Origin: an uncultured virus (IMG/VR IMGVR_UViG_3300046007_012347)
Lineage: Duplodnaviria > Heunggongvirae > Uroviricota > Caudoviricetes
IMG/VR virus record: IMGVR_UViG_3300046007_012347
Length of the DNA stretch: 64,000 nucleotides
Direction: 5' to 3' (one strand)
Shown here: piece by piece, positions 16,737 to 25,439 of the stretch
Layout of the letters: each line of letters starts with the position of its first letter
How positions within the stretch are numbered: the first letter of the stretch is position 1
Translations under genes and position numbers: made by a program
Notes under the pieces: generated by a model
Seen by the model: only the letters and a program-made list of their open reading frames with translations
Database searches by the model: none
Told to the model about the DNA's origin: nothing

Positions 16737-17474
16737 ATGACTACATCAATTAAGCTTTATTGTGGATGCTTGCTAAACGAGCCTCCAAGGTATCAGTCTA
16801 TCAACGGAGAATTACTCCCTGTTTTGGCTGGAGCTGCATTACATGGCGAAGAAATAAAAGTGGCACTAAAACAGCAAGGATGGTTAATGGATGACGAAGG
16901 AGACAATATTTCACTGATCAATGAAATATGGGGCGATTTGACTTTTTTATATTGGGCCTGGAAAAATCGCGCAGACGATTACTGGGGCGTGTGCCATTAT
17001 CGACGTAGATGGAATGAACGCGAACTGGGTCTAGCCAATCCCAAGAAGTTATATATTACGCAGGCCATTCGGCTTTGCGAAAACAATATGCGTTTGCAAT
17101 ACGAAGCATACCATGGCATCTTTCCTGCATATGATTTATCAATGTCACTTGCGAAAAAAGGAAAAATTCCATTATCGGAGGCAATGCTTGAATCAGCATG
17201 GAATCAGGGCCTGATTTATTCCTGCAATATGGCGAGGGGTTCCAAAGATTTGATGAATCGTTTCTGTGAATTAACTTTTGCGACAATGGTTCCGTTGTAC
17301 AATGAGGCGTTTTCATTGTGCCACTCAATTTCAGGTTACCAAAGAAGATCCATTGCTTTTGCGGCAGAGAGATTAATAACAGCGATAATTCTCAATGCGG
17401 AGCATTTTTTTGGCTCCGATATTGTAGAGCCAGCGGGATGGGAGCTTATTCCCGAGAGGAAGCTTATTAACTAG
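16737..17474 (+). CDS. Polysaccharide-biosynthesis/glycosyltransferase-like protein (DUF4422-like)
   Basis: DDEGDNIS, LYWAWKN, GVCHYRR, CNM, AFAAERL. Confidence 0.75.
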   Translation: MTTSIKLYCGCLLNEPPRYQSINGELLPVLAGAALHGEEIKVALKQQGWLMDDEGDNISLINEIWGDLTFLYWAWKNRADDYWGVCHYRRRWNERELGLANPKKLYITQAIRLCENNMRLQYEAYHGIFPAYDLSMSLAKKGKIPLSEAMLESAWNQGLIYSCNMARGSKDLMNRFCELTFATMVPLYNEAFSLCHSISGYQRRSIAFAAERLITAIILNAEHFFGSDIVEPAGWELIPERKLIN

Positions 17475-17525
17475 CTGCAATTGGCCGTTTTGTCAATTAA
17501 CCTTAGAGAAGAAGTTTTTTGAATT

Positions 17526-17783
17526 ATGACTAAAAAACAACAACAGGCCAAGGTGGCCAAGGTGATGCGAGAATTCAAGGCCGGCACTCTTAAGGGCAGC
17601 GATAAAAAGCCTGTAACAAACCGCAAGCAAGCAATTGCAATTGCTCTCTCAGAAGCTGGCATGAGCCGTCAAGGTAAGAGCGATGAGTATTGGGACGGCT
17701 ACTTTATGACTCTCATTGAAGAAGAGGAGGAAGAGGAAGAAGAGGAAAAAATGGGGGATGGATCTTGTGAAAAAAAGCGCTGA
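17526..17783 (+). CDS. Small basic/acidic protein (KVMREFKAGTL...RKQAIAIALSEA family)
   Basis: Recognisable conserved N-terminus and a poly-Glu tract; ends just after a slippery site. Confidence 0.75.
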   Translation: MTKKQQQAKVAKVMREFKAGTLKGSDKKPVTNRKQAIAIALSEAGMSRQGKSDEYWDGYFMTLIEEEEEEEEEEKMGDGSCEKKR

Positions 17784-18178
17784 GGGGCGACGCTGAAAGC
17801 TTTGCCCCTCCCGCCTCTGTAAGAGCCGCCGCCCGTCGTGGCCTAGAGCTACGAAAGAAACATGGCAAAGGAGGCTTGACGACGCAGGAAGCGGGTAAAC
17901 AGGGCATTGGAAGCGGCGTTGCTCGTGCAGGCGATTTGGCTGGTGGCAGCAAGATTAGTTTTGCCACGATCAAGCGCATGTCTGCGTTTTTCTCCCGCCA
18001 TGAAAAGAATAAGAGTGGTGGCGAGAACGATGCTGGTTACATTGCTTGGCTTCTATGGGGCGGCGATGCTGGTAGGGCATGGGCGAATCGCATTATTAAG
18101 ATGGTGGAAAGTCGCAAAAAAGACTCATGGGCGAATACGTACGTGTCATTGAGGAAGAGGATGAAGGTATTGGCGTGA
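17777..18178 (+). CDS. Head-associated protein, probably reached by -1 frameshift from 17526
   Basis: Open frame ALRGDAESFAPPASVRAAARRGLELRKK...AWLLWGGDAG begins at the slip site with no ATG ahead of the conserved-looking part. Confidence 0.65.
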   Translation, partial: ALRGDAESFAPPASVRAAARRGLELRKKHGKGGLTTQEAGKQGIGSGVARAGDLAGGSKISFATIKRMSAFFSRHEKNKSGGENDAGYIAWLLWGGDAGRAWANRIIKMVESRKKDSWANTYVSLRKRMKVLA

Positions 18179-18438
18179 TAAAGGCTCTGGCTATTTTGTC
18201 GGCGCACGAACATCGCAATACTTCCCTCTGGCGACTTGTTGAACAACAGCATTTCAAGAATGGCCGCCTAGAGGAAACGCATATTTTCGTGGAGAATCAC
18301 TACGAAAAACCAGACGAGCATTTTACGCCCATCAAAATGCTTGTATTCGAGGCCGAAGCCATCGCAAAATCCTACGTAATGAGCGGCATTGAAGACCAGC
18401 TTCTTGATTTGCAAGATGATGATGACGACGAGGATTGA
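18127..18438 (+). CDS. Hypothetical acidic protein
   Basis: 103-aa ATG ORF. Confidence 0.65.
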   Translation: MGEYVRVIEEEDEGIGVIKALAILSAHEHRNTSLWRLVEQQHFKNGRLEETHIFVENHYEKPDEHFTPIKMLVFEAEAIAKSYVMSGIEDQLLDLQDDDDDED

Positions 18439-18475
18439 TTATTCGTTTTCTCGATAAATCCCGTCTATTGAGAAT

Positions 18476-18754
18476 TCAACTAATCTTTGCAATGAATGAT
18501 GGGTAGCCCATCAACCACAGCACGCTAATTCCATAGAGACCGCTAAGAGTGCGAATTTGCACACAATCTGGCGGAGCGGTGCCTTTTTCAATGCGGCAAT
18601 AGGAACTTTGACTAATGTGTAGCTCTTTTGCTACGTCATGTTGAGTGAGCCCGGCATTAAGTCGGGCTTCTTTAATGCGACTCGCAATGAGAATGCGAGC
18701 CTCCTGGTGGGGAAGTTTAAGAGCGTCCGTCGTGCTACGTGCCAAGAACATCAC
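18476..18754 (-). CDS. XRE-family HTH regulator
   Basis: RIKEARLNAGLTQHDVAKELHISQSSYCRIEKG. Confidence 0.88.
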   Translation of the reverse strand: MMFLARSTTDALKLPHQEARILIASRIKEARLNAGLTQHDVAKELHISQSSYCRIEKGTAPPDCVQIRTLSGLYGISVLWLMGYPSFIAKIS

Positions 18755-18813
18755 AAGAATTTATTCCGTTTTGCATAAGCTCATAAAGTATAACATTCTC
18801 TTCTTGATAAAGT

Positions 18814-20013
18814 ATGAATATGAGCACCATTTCCTGCCGATACGATTTCTCTCCCATTGAGAAATACGAACTCACGCCGGAAGGTTATCTTCGGGCATGG
18901 GCTTCTATCGCACGCACTGGCATCCAACACTACACAGATAGTGATGGTTCCATTCGTCGCGAATATCGTCCTGAAACAGAAGTGGCGTCTCCCGATAGTC
19001 TTGCTTCGTTTGCGGGCAAGGCCATCACTTCAGAACATCCGCCTGTGCTTCTCGACTCTGAGAACACTAAAGACTACCAAGTGGGCTTTAGTGGCACTGA
19101 AGTGGTGTACGACAATGGTTTCGTCAAGGCAGTGATGACAATCACTGACGAAGACACCATTAAGCGCATCATGAAAGGCGATGCTCGTGAGGTAAGCGCG
19201 GGCTATAGGGTGAATTATGATCCTACGCCTGGCGTTACAGAAAACGGCGAACATTACGATGGAGTCCAAAAGGAAATCATCGGCAATCACATCGCTGTTG
19301 TCCGCCGGGGCCGCGCCGGCCCGCAAGTGAAGCTCCATCTTGATAGGCAAGATGCTGCTGATCCATCTTTATTTAAAAACACTGAGGAACGTCTTATGAC
19401 TGCCAAGGTCGTATTCGACGGCGCCGAGTTCGAGGTGAGTGAGGGCGTTGCTCTTGCTATCACTAAAGAACGGGAAGATGGCCGCATGTCCTATGAGGAC
19501 ATGAAACAAAAATACGATGAAATGATGTCCAAAGCTTCCAAAATGAAGGAAGAAATGGATGCCATGGAAAAAGAAATGAAGGGTAAGTGCGATTCTGCAG
19601 AGGGTCGTGCTGATGCTCTGGCTGAGCAAGTGGAAGAGCTTTCCGCTGAACTCGCTGCTGCCAAGGAAATCAATCTTGATTCCATGGTGGAAGAGCGCGT
19701 TGCTCTCATTGAAAAAGCTAAGCCTGTGCTCGATGCAGCTTATGCTTTCGCTGGCAAAACTGCTCGCGAAGTGATGGTTGATTCCATCAAAGCAGTGCGT
19801 GGTGATGAGCTTGATCTTTCCGAGAAGAGCGACGACTACGTGCAAGCAATGTTTGATACTCTCGCTGAGGGTCGCAAAGATTCTGCTACCACTGATGAGC
19901 TGCGCAAAGCCGTAGCTTCCATTGCTTCTCCCGTTTCTGCACCTTCGTCCTACATGGACATGCTGCAGAATGCTTGGAAGAAGCCCCTTTCCATCTCTAA
20001 GGAGGCTAAGTAA
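18814..20013 (+). CDS. Prohead protease/scaffold (DUF2213-like)
   Basis: TPEGYL, ARTGIQ, ITSEHP, EVSAGY, NHIAVVRRGRAG, coiled-coil C-terminus. Confidence 0.88.
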   Translation: MNMSTISCRYDFSPIEKYELTPEGYLRAWASIARTGIQHYTDSDGSIRREYRPETEVASPDSLASFAGKAITSEHPPVLLDSENTKDYQVGFSGTEVVYDNGFVKAVMTITDEDTIKRIMKGDAREVSAGYRVNYDPTPGVTENGEHYDGVQKEIIGNHIAVVRRGRAGPQVKLHLDRQDAADPSLFKNTEERLMTAKVVFDGAEFEVSEGVALAITKEREDGRMSYEDMKQKYDEMMSKASKMKEEMDAMEKEMKGKCDSAEGRADALAEQVEELSAELAAAKEINLDSMVEERVALIEKAKPVLDAAYAFAGKTAREVMVDSIKAVRGDELDLSEKSDDYVQAMFDTLAEGRKDSATTDELRKAVASIASPVSAPSSYMDMLQNAWKKPLSISKEAK

Positions 20014-20015
20014 TT

Positions 20016-20576
20016 ATGGCCGTAACTTTCTCTGCTTCGGGCACCGCCTCCGCTGGTGGCGTGCAACAGAGCTATGCTCTTGAGCACACCGCACTGCTAG
20101 AAGGTCAACTGTCTGACATCCGTAACAACACCATTGTTACCCGCGTCAACGAAACTGCCGTTGTCATTCCTTTCGGTAATGGCGTTGTCTATGACAGCAC
20201 CGGCACCAATGGTCTTGGCGCTAAAACCATTTCCGCTACTGGCGACACCTTCCTGGGCGTAAACGTTCTCACCTATGTGGACGAAACCGCGCTTGATGGT
20301 GACAATCGTCCTGGCGTGAAAGTTGACCAAGTGATGAATGTGGCTAGCGAAGGTGCAGTTGCCGTCTACGTGACCGGCGCTGTTACTCCTGCATCGCCTG
20401 TGCGTGTGCTGTATTCCGCTAGCGGCACTGGCAAGGCTGGTCAATTCTCGCATGCTTTTGCCTCGGGCAAAACCGTTCGTCTTGCAGGCGCTCGTTTCCT
20501 GACTTCGACTACTGGCAGTGGCATCGCAATTCTGGAGCTGAATGGCCCCAGCTTTACTCTTTCCGCTGATTCTTGA
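20016..20576 (+). CDS. Capsid decoration/cement protein
   Basis: IPFGNGVV; Gly/Ala/Thr-rich; lies between scaffold and MCP. Confidence 0.75.
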   Translation: MAVTFSASGTASAGGVQQSYALEHTALLEGQLSDIRNNTIVTRVNETAVVIPFGNGVVYDSTGTNGLGAKTISATGDTFLGVNVLTYVDETALDGDNRPGVKVDQVMNVASEGAVAVYVTGAVTPASPVRVLYSASGTGKAGQFSHAFASGKTVRLAGARFLTSTTGSGIAILELNGPSFTLSADS

Positions 20577-20591
20577 TAGGAGGCCCTAACA

Positions 20592-21500
20592 ATGTCTGAA
20601 TTCCGTATGGATGACGCGGGTCTGTTTCTTGAGCGTCAGCTTGAGTACATCCGCCCCCAAGTGTTTGAAGTGCAGTATGCGGATATTAAATATCCCACTG
20701 TGCTGCCCGTCACTGCTGAAGCTGGTCCTGGCGCCCAGACCTTCACCTATCGCATCATGGACTCCACTGGTGAGTTCCGTCTGATTGCTGACGCTGCTGA
20801 TGATCTGCCCCGCGCTGACATCAGCCAAGTGGAGAAGAGCATCAACATTCGTTCCTTTGGTGGTAGCTTCGGTTACACCGTACAGGAACTGCGTGCTGCT
20901 CAAATGGCCAACATCGCTCTGGAGCAGCGTCGTGCTGCTGCTGTGCGCCGTGCCTATGAAGAGAAAGTGGAAAGCCTTGCTTTCTTCGGCGAAAGCTCTG
21001 TTGGTCTCGCTGGTTTCTTCAACAACTCCACTGTGGATGTGGTTGCTGCTGACAAGTGGTTCACCACTGCTGGCACCACTGCCCAAGAAATGCTTGAGCT
21101 GCTGAACTATGGCGTGACTGCCATCATCAATGGCTCCAAGATGAAGGAACAGCCCGACACCATTCTGCTGTCCTACGCGGATTACAACAAGATCAGCACC
21201 ACTCGCAATTCCGATTCTTCGGACGTGACTGTGCTGGAATATTTCCTGCGTACCAACCCCTACATCCGTAACGTTGAGCCCATCAACCAGTTGGAAGCTG
21301 ACAACAGCGTGCTGAACACTGACCGTATGGTTGTGTACAAGCGCGATCCTGAGAAAGTGCAACTGCACATTCCTCAGCCTCTTGAGCTGTTCCCGCCTCA
21401 ACAGCGTGGTCTGGAATTCATCGTTCCTGCTCATGCCCGCGTGGGTGGCGTTGCTCTGTACTATCCCAAGAGCATGATCTACGTGCAGGCTTCTGCCTGA
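20592..21500 (+). CDS. Major capsid protein (DUF2184-like)
   Basis: FLERQLEYI, ADDLPRAD, YTVQELRAA; strong aggagg SD and highly biased codons. Confidence 0.9.
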   Translation: MSEFRMDDAGLFLERQLEYIRPQVFEVQYADIKYPTVLPVTAEAGPGAQTFTYRIMDSTGEFRLIADAADDLPRADISQVEKSINIRSFGGSFGYTVQELRAAQMANIALEQRRAAAVRRAYEEKVESLAFFGESSVGLAGFFNNSTVDVVAADKWFTTAGTTAQEMLELLNYGVTAIINGSKMKEQPDTILLSYADYNKISTTRNSDSSDVTVLEYFLRTNPYIRNVEPINQLEADNSVLNTDRMVVYKRDPEKVQLHIPQPLELFPPQQRGLEFIVPAHARVGGVALYYPKSMIYVQASA

Positions 21501-21556
21501 GGATAGTTAATCAAGAAGAGGGGCGTTAAGCTATTAGCAATTGTTTCTCTTGAACA

Positions 21557-21943
21557 ATGCTGATTGCTTATCGTCCCGAACTTGAAAACCCGCCTCGCGA
21601 AGGCGGGTTTGGCATTATTACGCAAACAGGCATGATTCAGCTCACGCCTGGTCTTAATCAAGATATTCCAGAGCATCAATGGAAAGTGGCCCGCGAAAAC
21701 AAGGCAGTCAAACGTCTTATGAACATTGGAGCCATTGAGGAAGTACGCGAGCAGATCATGGTGGAAGACATTCCTCAAGATGTGCAAACGCTTTCTCAAA
21801 TGCCATTGGTTGAAGCTATCCGCATGATTGAACTCATTCATGACCCGGATCAGTTGAATGGCTGGAAAAAAATTGAAGGTCGCGTGCGCGTACGTAATGC
21901 CATTAACAAGCGCATTGAAAATATTCGCATTGGGAAGGCCTGA
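21557..21943 (+). CDS. Virion-associated hypothetical protein
   Basis: Position after MCP. Confidence 0.7.
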   Translation: MLIAYRPELENPPREGGFGIITQTGMIQLTPGLNQDIPEHQWKVARENKAVKRLMNIGAIEEVREQIMVEDIPQDVQTLSQMPLVEAIRMIELIHDPDQLNGWKKIEGRVRVRNAINKRIENIRIGKA

Positions 21944-21945
21944 TT

Positions 21946-22257
21946 ATGGCAGTCACTTATGCGAGTTTTCTTGAGCGCTTCCCTGAATTCACGCCTCATC
22001 CATCGGGCATTGTAAATGGTGCCATTTCCGAAGCCACCTATGACGCTTCTGAAGACGTATTTGGGGAGCAAACGGATAGGGCAGTCAAGTTTCTTGCTGC
22101 TCATATCATTGCCATTCAACTTGCACAGATGGGCATTCAAATTGGTGCTACTGATGGCAAGGTTTATGGTGAGGGGCTAGATGCCACTCAATATGGTCAA
22201 GAGTTCAAGCGCATGCTGAACCTTCTCCCTTCTTCTTCTGTTGGTTTCGTTGTATGA
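21946..22257 (+). CDS. Head-tail adaptor (DUF4054-like)
   Basis: FLERFPEF, LAAH, ATQYGQEF. Confidence 0.8.
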   Translation: MAVTYASFLERFPEFTPHPSGIVNGAISEATYDASEDVFGEQTDRAVKFLAAHIIAIQLAQMGIQIGATDGKVYGEGLDATQYGQEFKRMLNLLPSSSVGFVV

Positions 22258-22643
22258 GCAATTTCCTGGAGCCACTCGCCAATTCCACGCTGGTATGGTC
22301 AGTGGCTTCAGGCTATGCGCTTGACAGTGAAACTGGGAACTACGTGGCTGCTGCAACTGGCGTTACTTACTATGCATCGTTAAGGCAAAAGCGTAATCCG
22401 CAGTACGATTATTTGCTTGGCGCAGACCAGACTGCTGTCTATATGGAAGGCCGTCTCACTTCTCCGCTTACGCTTTCCGGCATAACGCCTGGCGATTCTG
22501 CACGAGCAGTAATTAATGGAAGAGAAGGGCGTTTTGAACTATTGCCAAACGAAGAAATTGCTATTCATTATTGGCAGTTTCTTGGCACGCCGATTAGAGG
22601 AATTTTTAGACTAATTGGCAAAGGAAGCGTTGATAATGCTTGA
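22254..22643 (+). CDS. Putative head closure protein
   Basis: Size and synteny only. Confidence 0.55.
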   Translation: MSNFLEPLANSTLVWSVASGYALDSETGNYVAAATGVTYYASLRQKRNPQYDYLLGADQTAVYMEGRLTSPLTLSGITPGDSARAVINGREGRFELLPNEEIAIHYWQFLGTPIRGIFRLIGKGSVDNA

Positions 22644-22700
22644 TCAAATCAAGCCTTCGCCGCTTAATCATTCTTTTCTTTCATCGCTGAGGATTTTCTC

Positions 22701-23279
22701 ATGCTTTACCATCCTACTGAACTGGTGAAGAGCCAAGACGTGATTGTGCGCGTTGGCTCGATCAGCGGCACTACTCGCCCTGTCATCGCTCAGAGTGGCG
22801 CCACCTTCACCGTAAGCGGCGCTCCCACTCTCTTTACCCTGCAGGCCGCTACTACCGCCTCTGTCGCCTTTAACGATGGCAACCAAGAGTTCTATCTGCT
22901 TGGCGGCGGCGGTTTTGCTGATAGCGTGATCGTTACTAGCCAAGCCACTACTTCCATCACTTCCTACTTCCAGAAAGATGTTGATGGCACCACTTTCCTG
23001 CCTAACAGCTTCGACGAAGCTTTCCAGGTGATTAGTGCATCTCGTTATGACAAAGATGCTGAAGTGTACGTTGAAATCAACAAGCAACTTGGCTCTTCTG
23101 GTACTACTTTCTATTACGACCGCGTTGCCTATGTCGGACGCGTGATGAACTACAACGAGAGCTATCCTGCTGATAACCTTGTTGAATGCACTTTTGATCT
23201 GATAAGCCGTGGTCGCATTGGCATCCACCAGAATGCCACTTCCTCTGGTAGCATCATTCCCGTCACTCCTAATAGCTAA
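22701..23279 (+). CDS. Major tail (tube) protein
   Basis: Thr/Ser-rich, biased codons, followed by a terminator; synteny. Confidence 0.7.
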   Translation: MLYHPTELVKSQDVIVRVGSISGTTRPVIAQSGATFTVSGAPTLFTLQAATTASVAFNDGNQEFYLLGGGGFADSVIVTSQATTSITSYFQKDVDGTTFLPNSFDEAFQVISASRYDKDAEVYVEINKQLGSSGTTFYYDRVAYVGRVMNYNESYPADNLVECTFDLISRGRIGIHQNATSSGSIIPVTPNS

Positions 23280-23303
23280 TTCATCTTTCCATTGTTCTTT
23301 GCT

Positions 23304-23330
23304 AGCCTCTCCTTACGGAGAGGCTTTTTA
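23304..23330 (+). terminator. Intrinsic terminator
   Basis: agcctctcc-ttac-ggagaggct-tttta. Confidence 0.8.
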
Positions 23331-23332
23331 TT

Positions 23333-23743
23333 GTGAACATTACACAGCTTCGGGAAGTTGTTACTGAACTACTATCTGCATCGCCAAATCTTATTGGCAC
23401 TTATACACTGCCAAATAATTCAACTGTTCCTGCTGTGTATGTAGTGGGAAGACAAAGTGTGCCTAATGAATGGAAGGTGAAGGGGTTGGAGGTGACAATG
23501 CGAGAGTTTCCTCAGTTGAATCCTCGTTCTCCATTGGGAGGCACTGTGAAGGTGAGTCAAGTGTGGGAAGTGGTACTCACGCAGTTCACGCCCAATAGTG
23601 GCACGCTTGCCACTGCCATGGACAGAATGGTGAGACGCTTTCCTGATGCTACGCCTCGGTATTTCCCTGGTGATGACATTGCCTATGAGCGTTGTCGTTT
23701 TATGGTGCCCGATATGATCCTGCGCAATTTGATCGCACCATGA
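23333..23743 (+). CDS. Putative tail terminator/completion protein
   Basis: Size and synteny. Confidence 0.55.
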   Translation: MNITQLREVVTELLSASPNLIGTYTLPNNSTVPAVYVVGRQSVPNEWKVKGLEVTMREFPQLNPRSPLGGTVKVSQVWEVVLTQFTPNSGTLATAMDRMVRRFPDATPRYFPGDDIAYERCRFMVPDMILRNLIAP

Positions 23744-24207
23744 GCGGAATTATTGTTGGTGGCAAGATTCTTAATTCAAAGCTTTTAGAAGCAAGGCTGG
23801 CTAAGGCTTTTGAAGAGTGGACAAGAGAGGACATTCAGAAAGATTATTGGGACGAGCAATTTAGAGACATGGGCCGATGGGAATATGGAAGAGAAACGCG
23901 CAGAAAAAATGGCGCCTTAATTGGCGAAGGTCGTCGCGATATTTATGACCTTGGTGCTCTTTACGAAAGCGGGCTAGAGAGTTTTAATGTAAGCCTGGGA
24001 ACTTCTACAATTGTCGCATCGTGGACGTGGGACGCAACCAACCCCAAGAATGGCTATCACTATGCAGTGGACGTGCATGAAGGACTGGGAACAAGTGCTG
24101 GTTATCCTCGACAATGGACAGACGAGCTTGCTTCGCCTGCATTGTTTGAAGGAAGTGACGTGCAGTTAGCATTGAAACGCCGAATTAAATTTGCGTTTAG
24201 TGCATGA
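23740..24207 (+). CDS. Putative neck/tail completion protein
   Basis: RDIYDLGAL...YAVDVHEG, HK97 gp10-like. Confidence 0.6.
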   Translation: MSGIIVGGKILNSKLLEARLAKAFEEWTREDIQKDYWDEQFRDMGRWEYGRETRRKNGALIGEGRRDIYDLGALYESGLESFNVSLGTSTIVASWTWDATNPKNGYHYAVDVHEGLGTSAGYPRQWTDELASPALFEGSDVQLALKRRIKFAFSA

Positions 24208-24461
24208 ACATTGACTATTTATGGAGCCAAGACCGCTCTGTTCACGCCATTGATATCCAGATTGAGGGGTCCTCCATGGAAGTGGGCATCCTCTGTCTTA
24301 TTTCCTGCCGAGAAGAGACCATTAGAATAAGCAACGAAAATCATTCATTGCTTGTTGAAGTGCCCAAAGAATTTCGCTCTAGCAGCGAAAGAGTGAAGGT
24401 GTTCAACGCATTGTTAAACGTTCTTGATCATGAGCAAATACAGCTTCCTTCTGCAGACTAA
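24204..24461 (+). CDS. Hypothetical protein
   Basis: Overlapping ORF within the tail operon. Confidence 0.55.
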   Translation: MNIDYLWSQDRSVHAIDIQIEGSSMEVGILCLISCREETIRISNENHSLLVEVPKEFRSSSERVKVFNALLNVLDHEQIQLPSAD

Positions 24462-24966
24462 AGCCGAGGACTATTTTGAGCTTCTGCCTGAAATTCGCAT
24501 GAAAAAATATGGTGGTTGGCTTGTCGCTGAAGCAATTGAACAGGAAGAAATTAGTAAACTGCAAAGCCAAGCTACTATTAGAGCTGTGCAACTGGCTAAG
24601 CGCATTGCCACTGCAAAGGACATTCCTCTTGACGAAGCTTTTGGTTTGCTTCAAGGAGGCGGTGGTTCCATCACTGAAGCTGAACTTCTCTCGGAATACA
24701 CCGAGGAAACGCTGAGCATGATCACCAGCGGCTCTTCAGTGGAAAGCACCAATGCCCGCATGGTCACTGCTTTCATTCGCTCTCGCGGCCAAGGCTTGAT
24801 TGATGGCGAATGGCAAGATCTTGCTGATTGGGAACTGGACGACACTAAAAATCTTCCTCGCAAAGCCATTGCAAAAGTAGTTGAGTTTATTGCTGAAGAG
24901 CAAAACGCTGAAACCCAGGAGGCAGTGGCAGCAAAAAAAGCGACGAAGAGGAATGGTCCTCAATAG
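24430..24966 (+). CDS. Tail assembly chaperone (G-like)
   Basis: Precedes tape measure; A AAA AAA slip site at 24933-24939. Confidence 0.7.
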   Translation: MSKYSFLLQTKAEDYFELLPEIRMKKYGGWLVAEAIEQEEISKLQSQATIRAVQLAKRIATAKDIPLDEAFGLLQGGGGSITEAELLSEYTEETLSMITSGSSVESTNARMVTAFIRSRGQGLIDGEWQDLADWELDDTKNLPRKAIAKVVEFIAEEQNAETQEAVAAKKATKRNGPQ

Positions 24967-25406
24967 CAGAAATGCTGGAAACGCGAGCGCGTAACCAGCT
25001 TAAAAGCTTAACAGATTGGAACGAAATCTATTTTCGGCTTTCGGCTTCTGATTTCAATGATAGGCGATGGCATGCTGACCAATTTGGTCGGCAGCCATTG
25101 TCTGATATCAAGCGTGCCTTGAAATATCTTGATAAGCATGACGTGGCAAAATATAATGTGCAAAGCGTAGCCATTGCTAAGCTTGGTACGATGGCGGCTG
25201 GAATGATGGCAGGGCGCAAGTCCAAAGTGAAACCAGAAGACTTCCTGCCGTTTGACACAAAATCAATCAAGAAAGATACGGGCGTTACGGATGCTAGCTT
25301 GATTGTCTTCCAACGTTTAATGAAGACAAGGAGGATGGACGGACGAGTGATCGCATTGTTGGCTGATGATTTAAAAGCTTTTGCTGGGCGTAATCAGGAT
25401 CAATGA
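24939..25406 (+). CDS. Tail assembly chaperone frameshift extension (T-like)
   Basis: The -1 frame is open from the slip site into the 24972 ATG ORF. Confidence 0.7.
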   Translation, partial: SDEEEWSSIAEMLETRARNQLKSLTDWNEIYFRLSASDFNDRRWHADQFGRQPLSDIKRALKYLDKHDVAKYNVQSVAIAKLGTMAAGMMAGRKSKVKPEDFLPFDTKSIKKDTGVTDASLIVFQRLMKTRRMDGRVIALLADDLKAFAGRNQDQ

Positions 25407-25439
25407 TTATAGAATGAAGACAATAACGAGCAGTTGAAG

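Noticed and set aside
20586..21434. 282-aa antisense ORF over the capsid gene (similar shadows at 22668-23228 and 53917-54807)
   Set aside because: Expected from strong codon bias on the coding strand; no motifs
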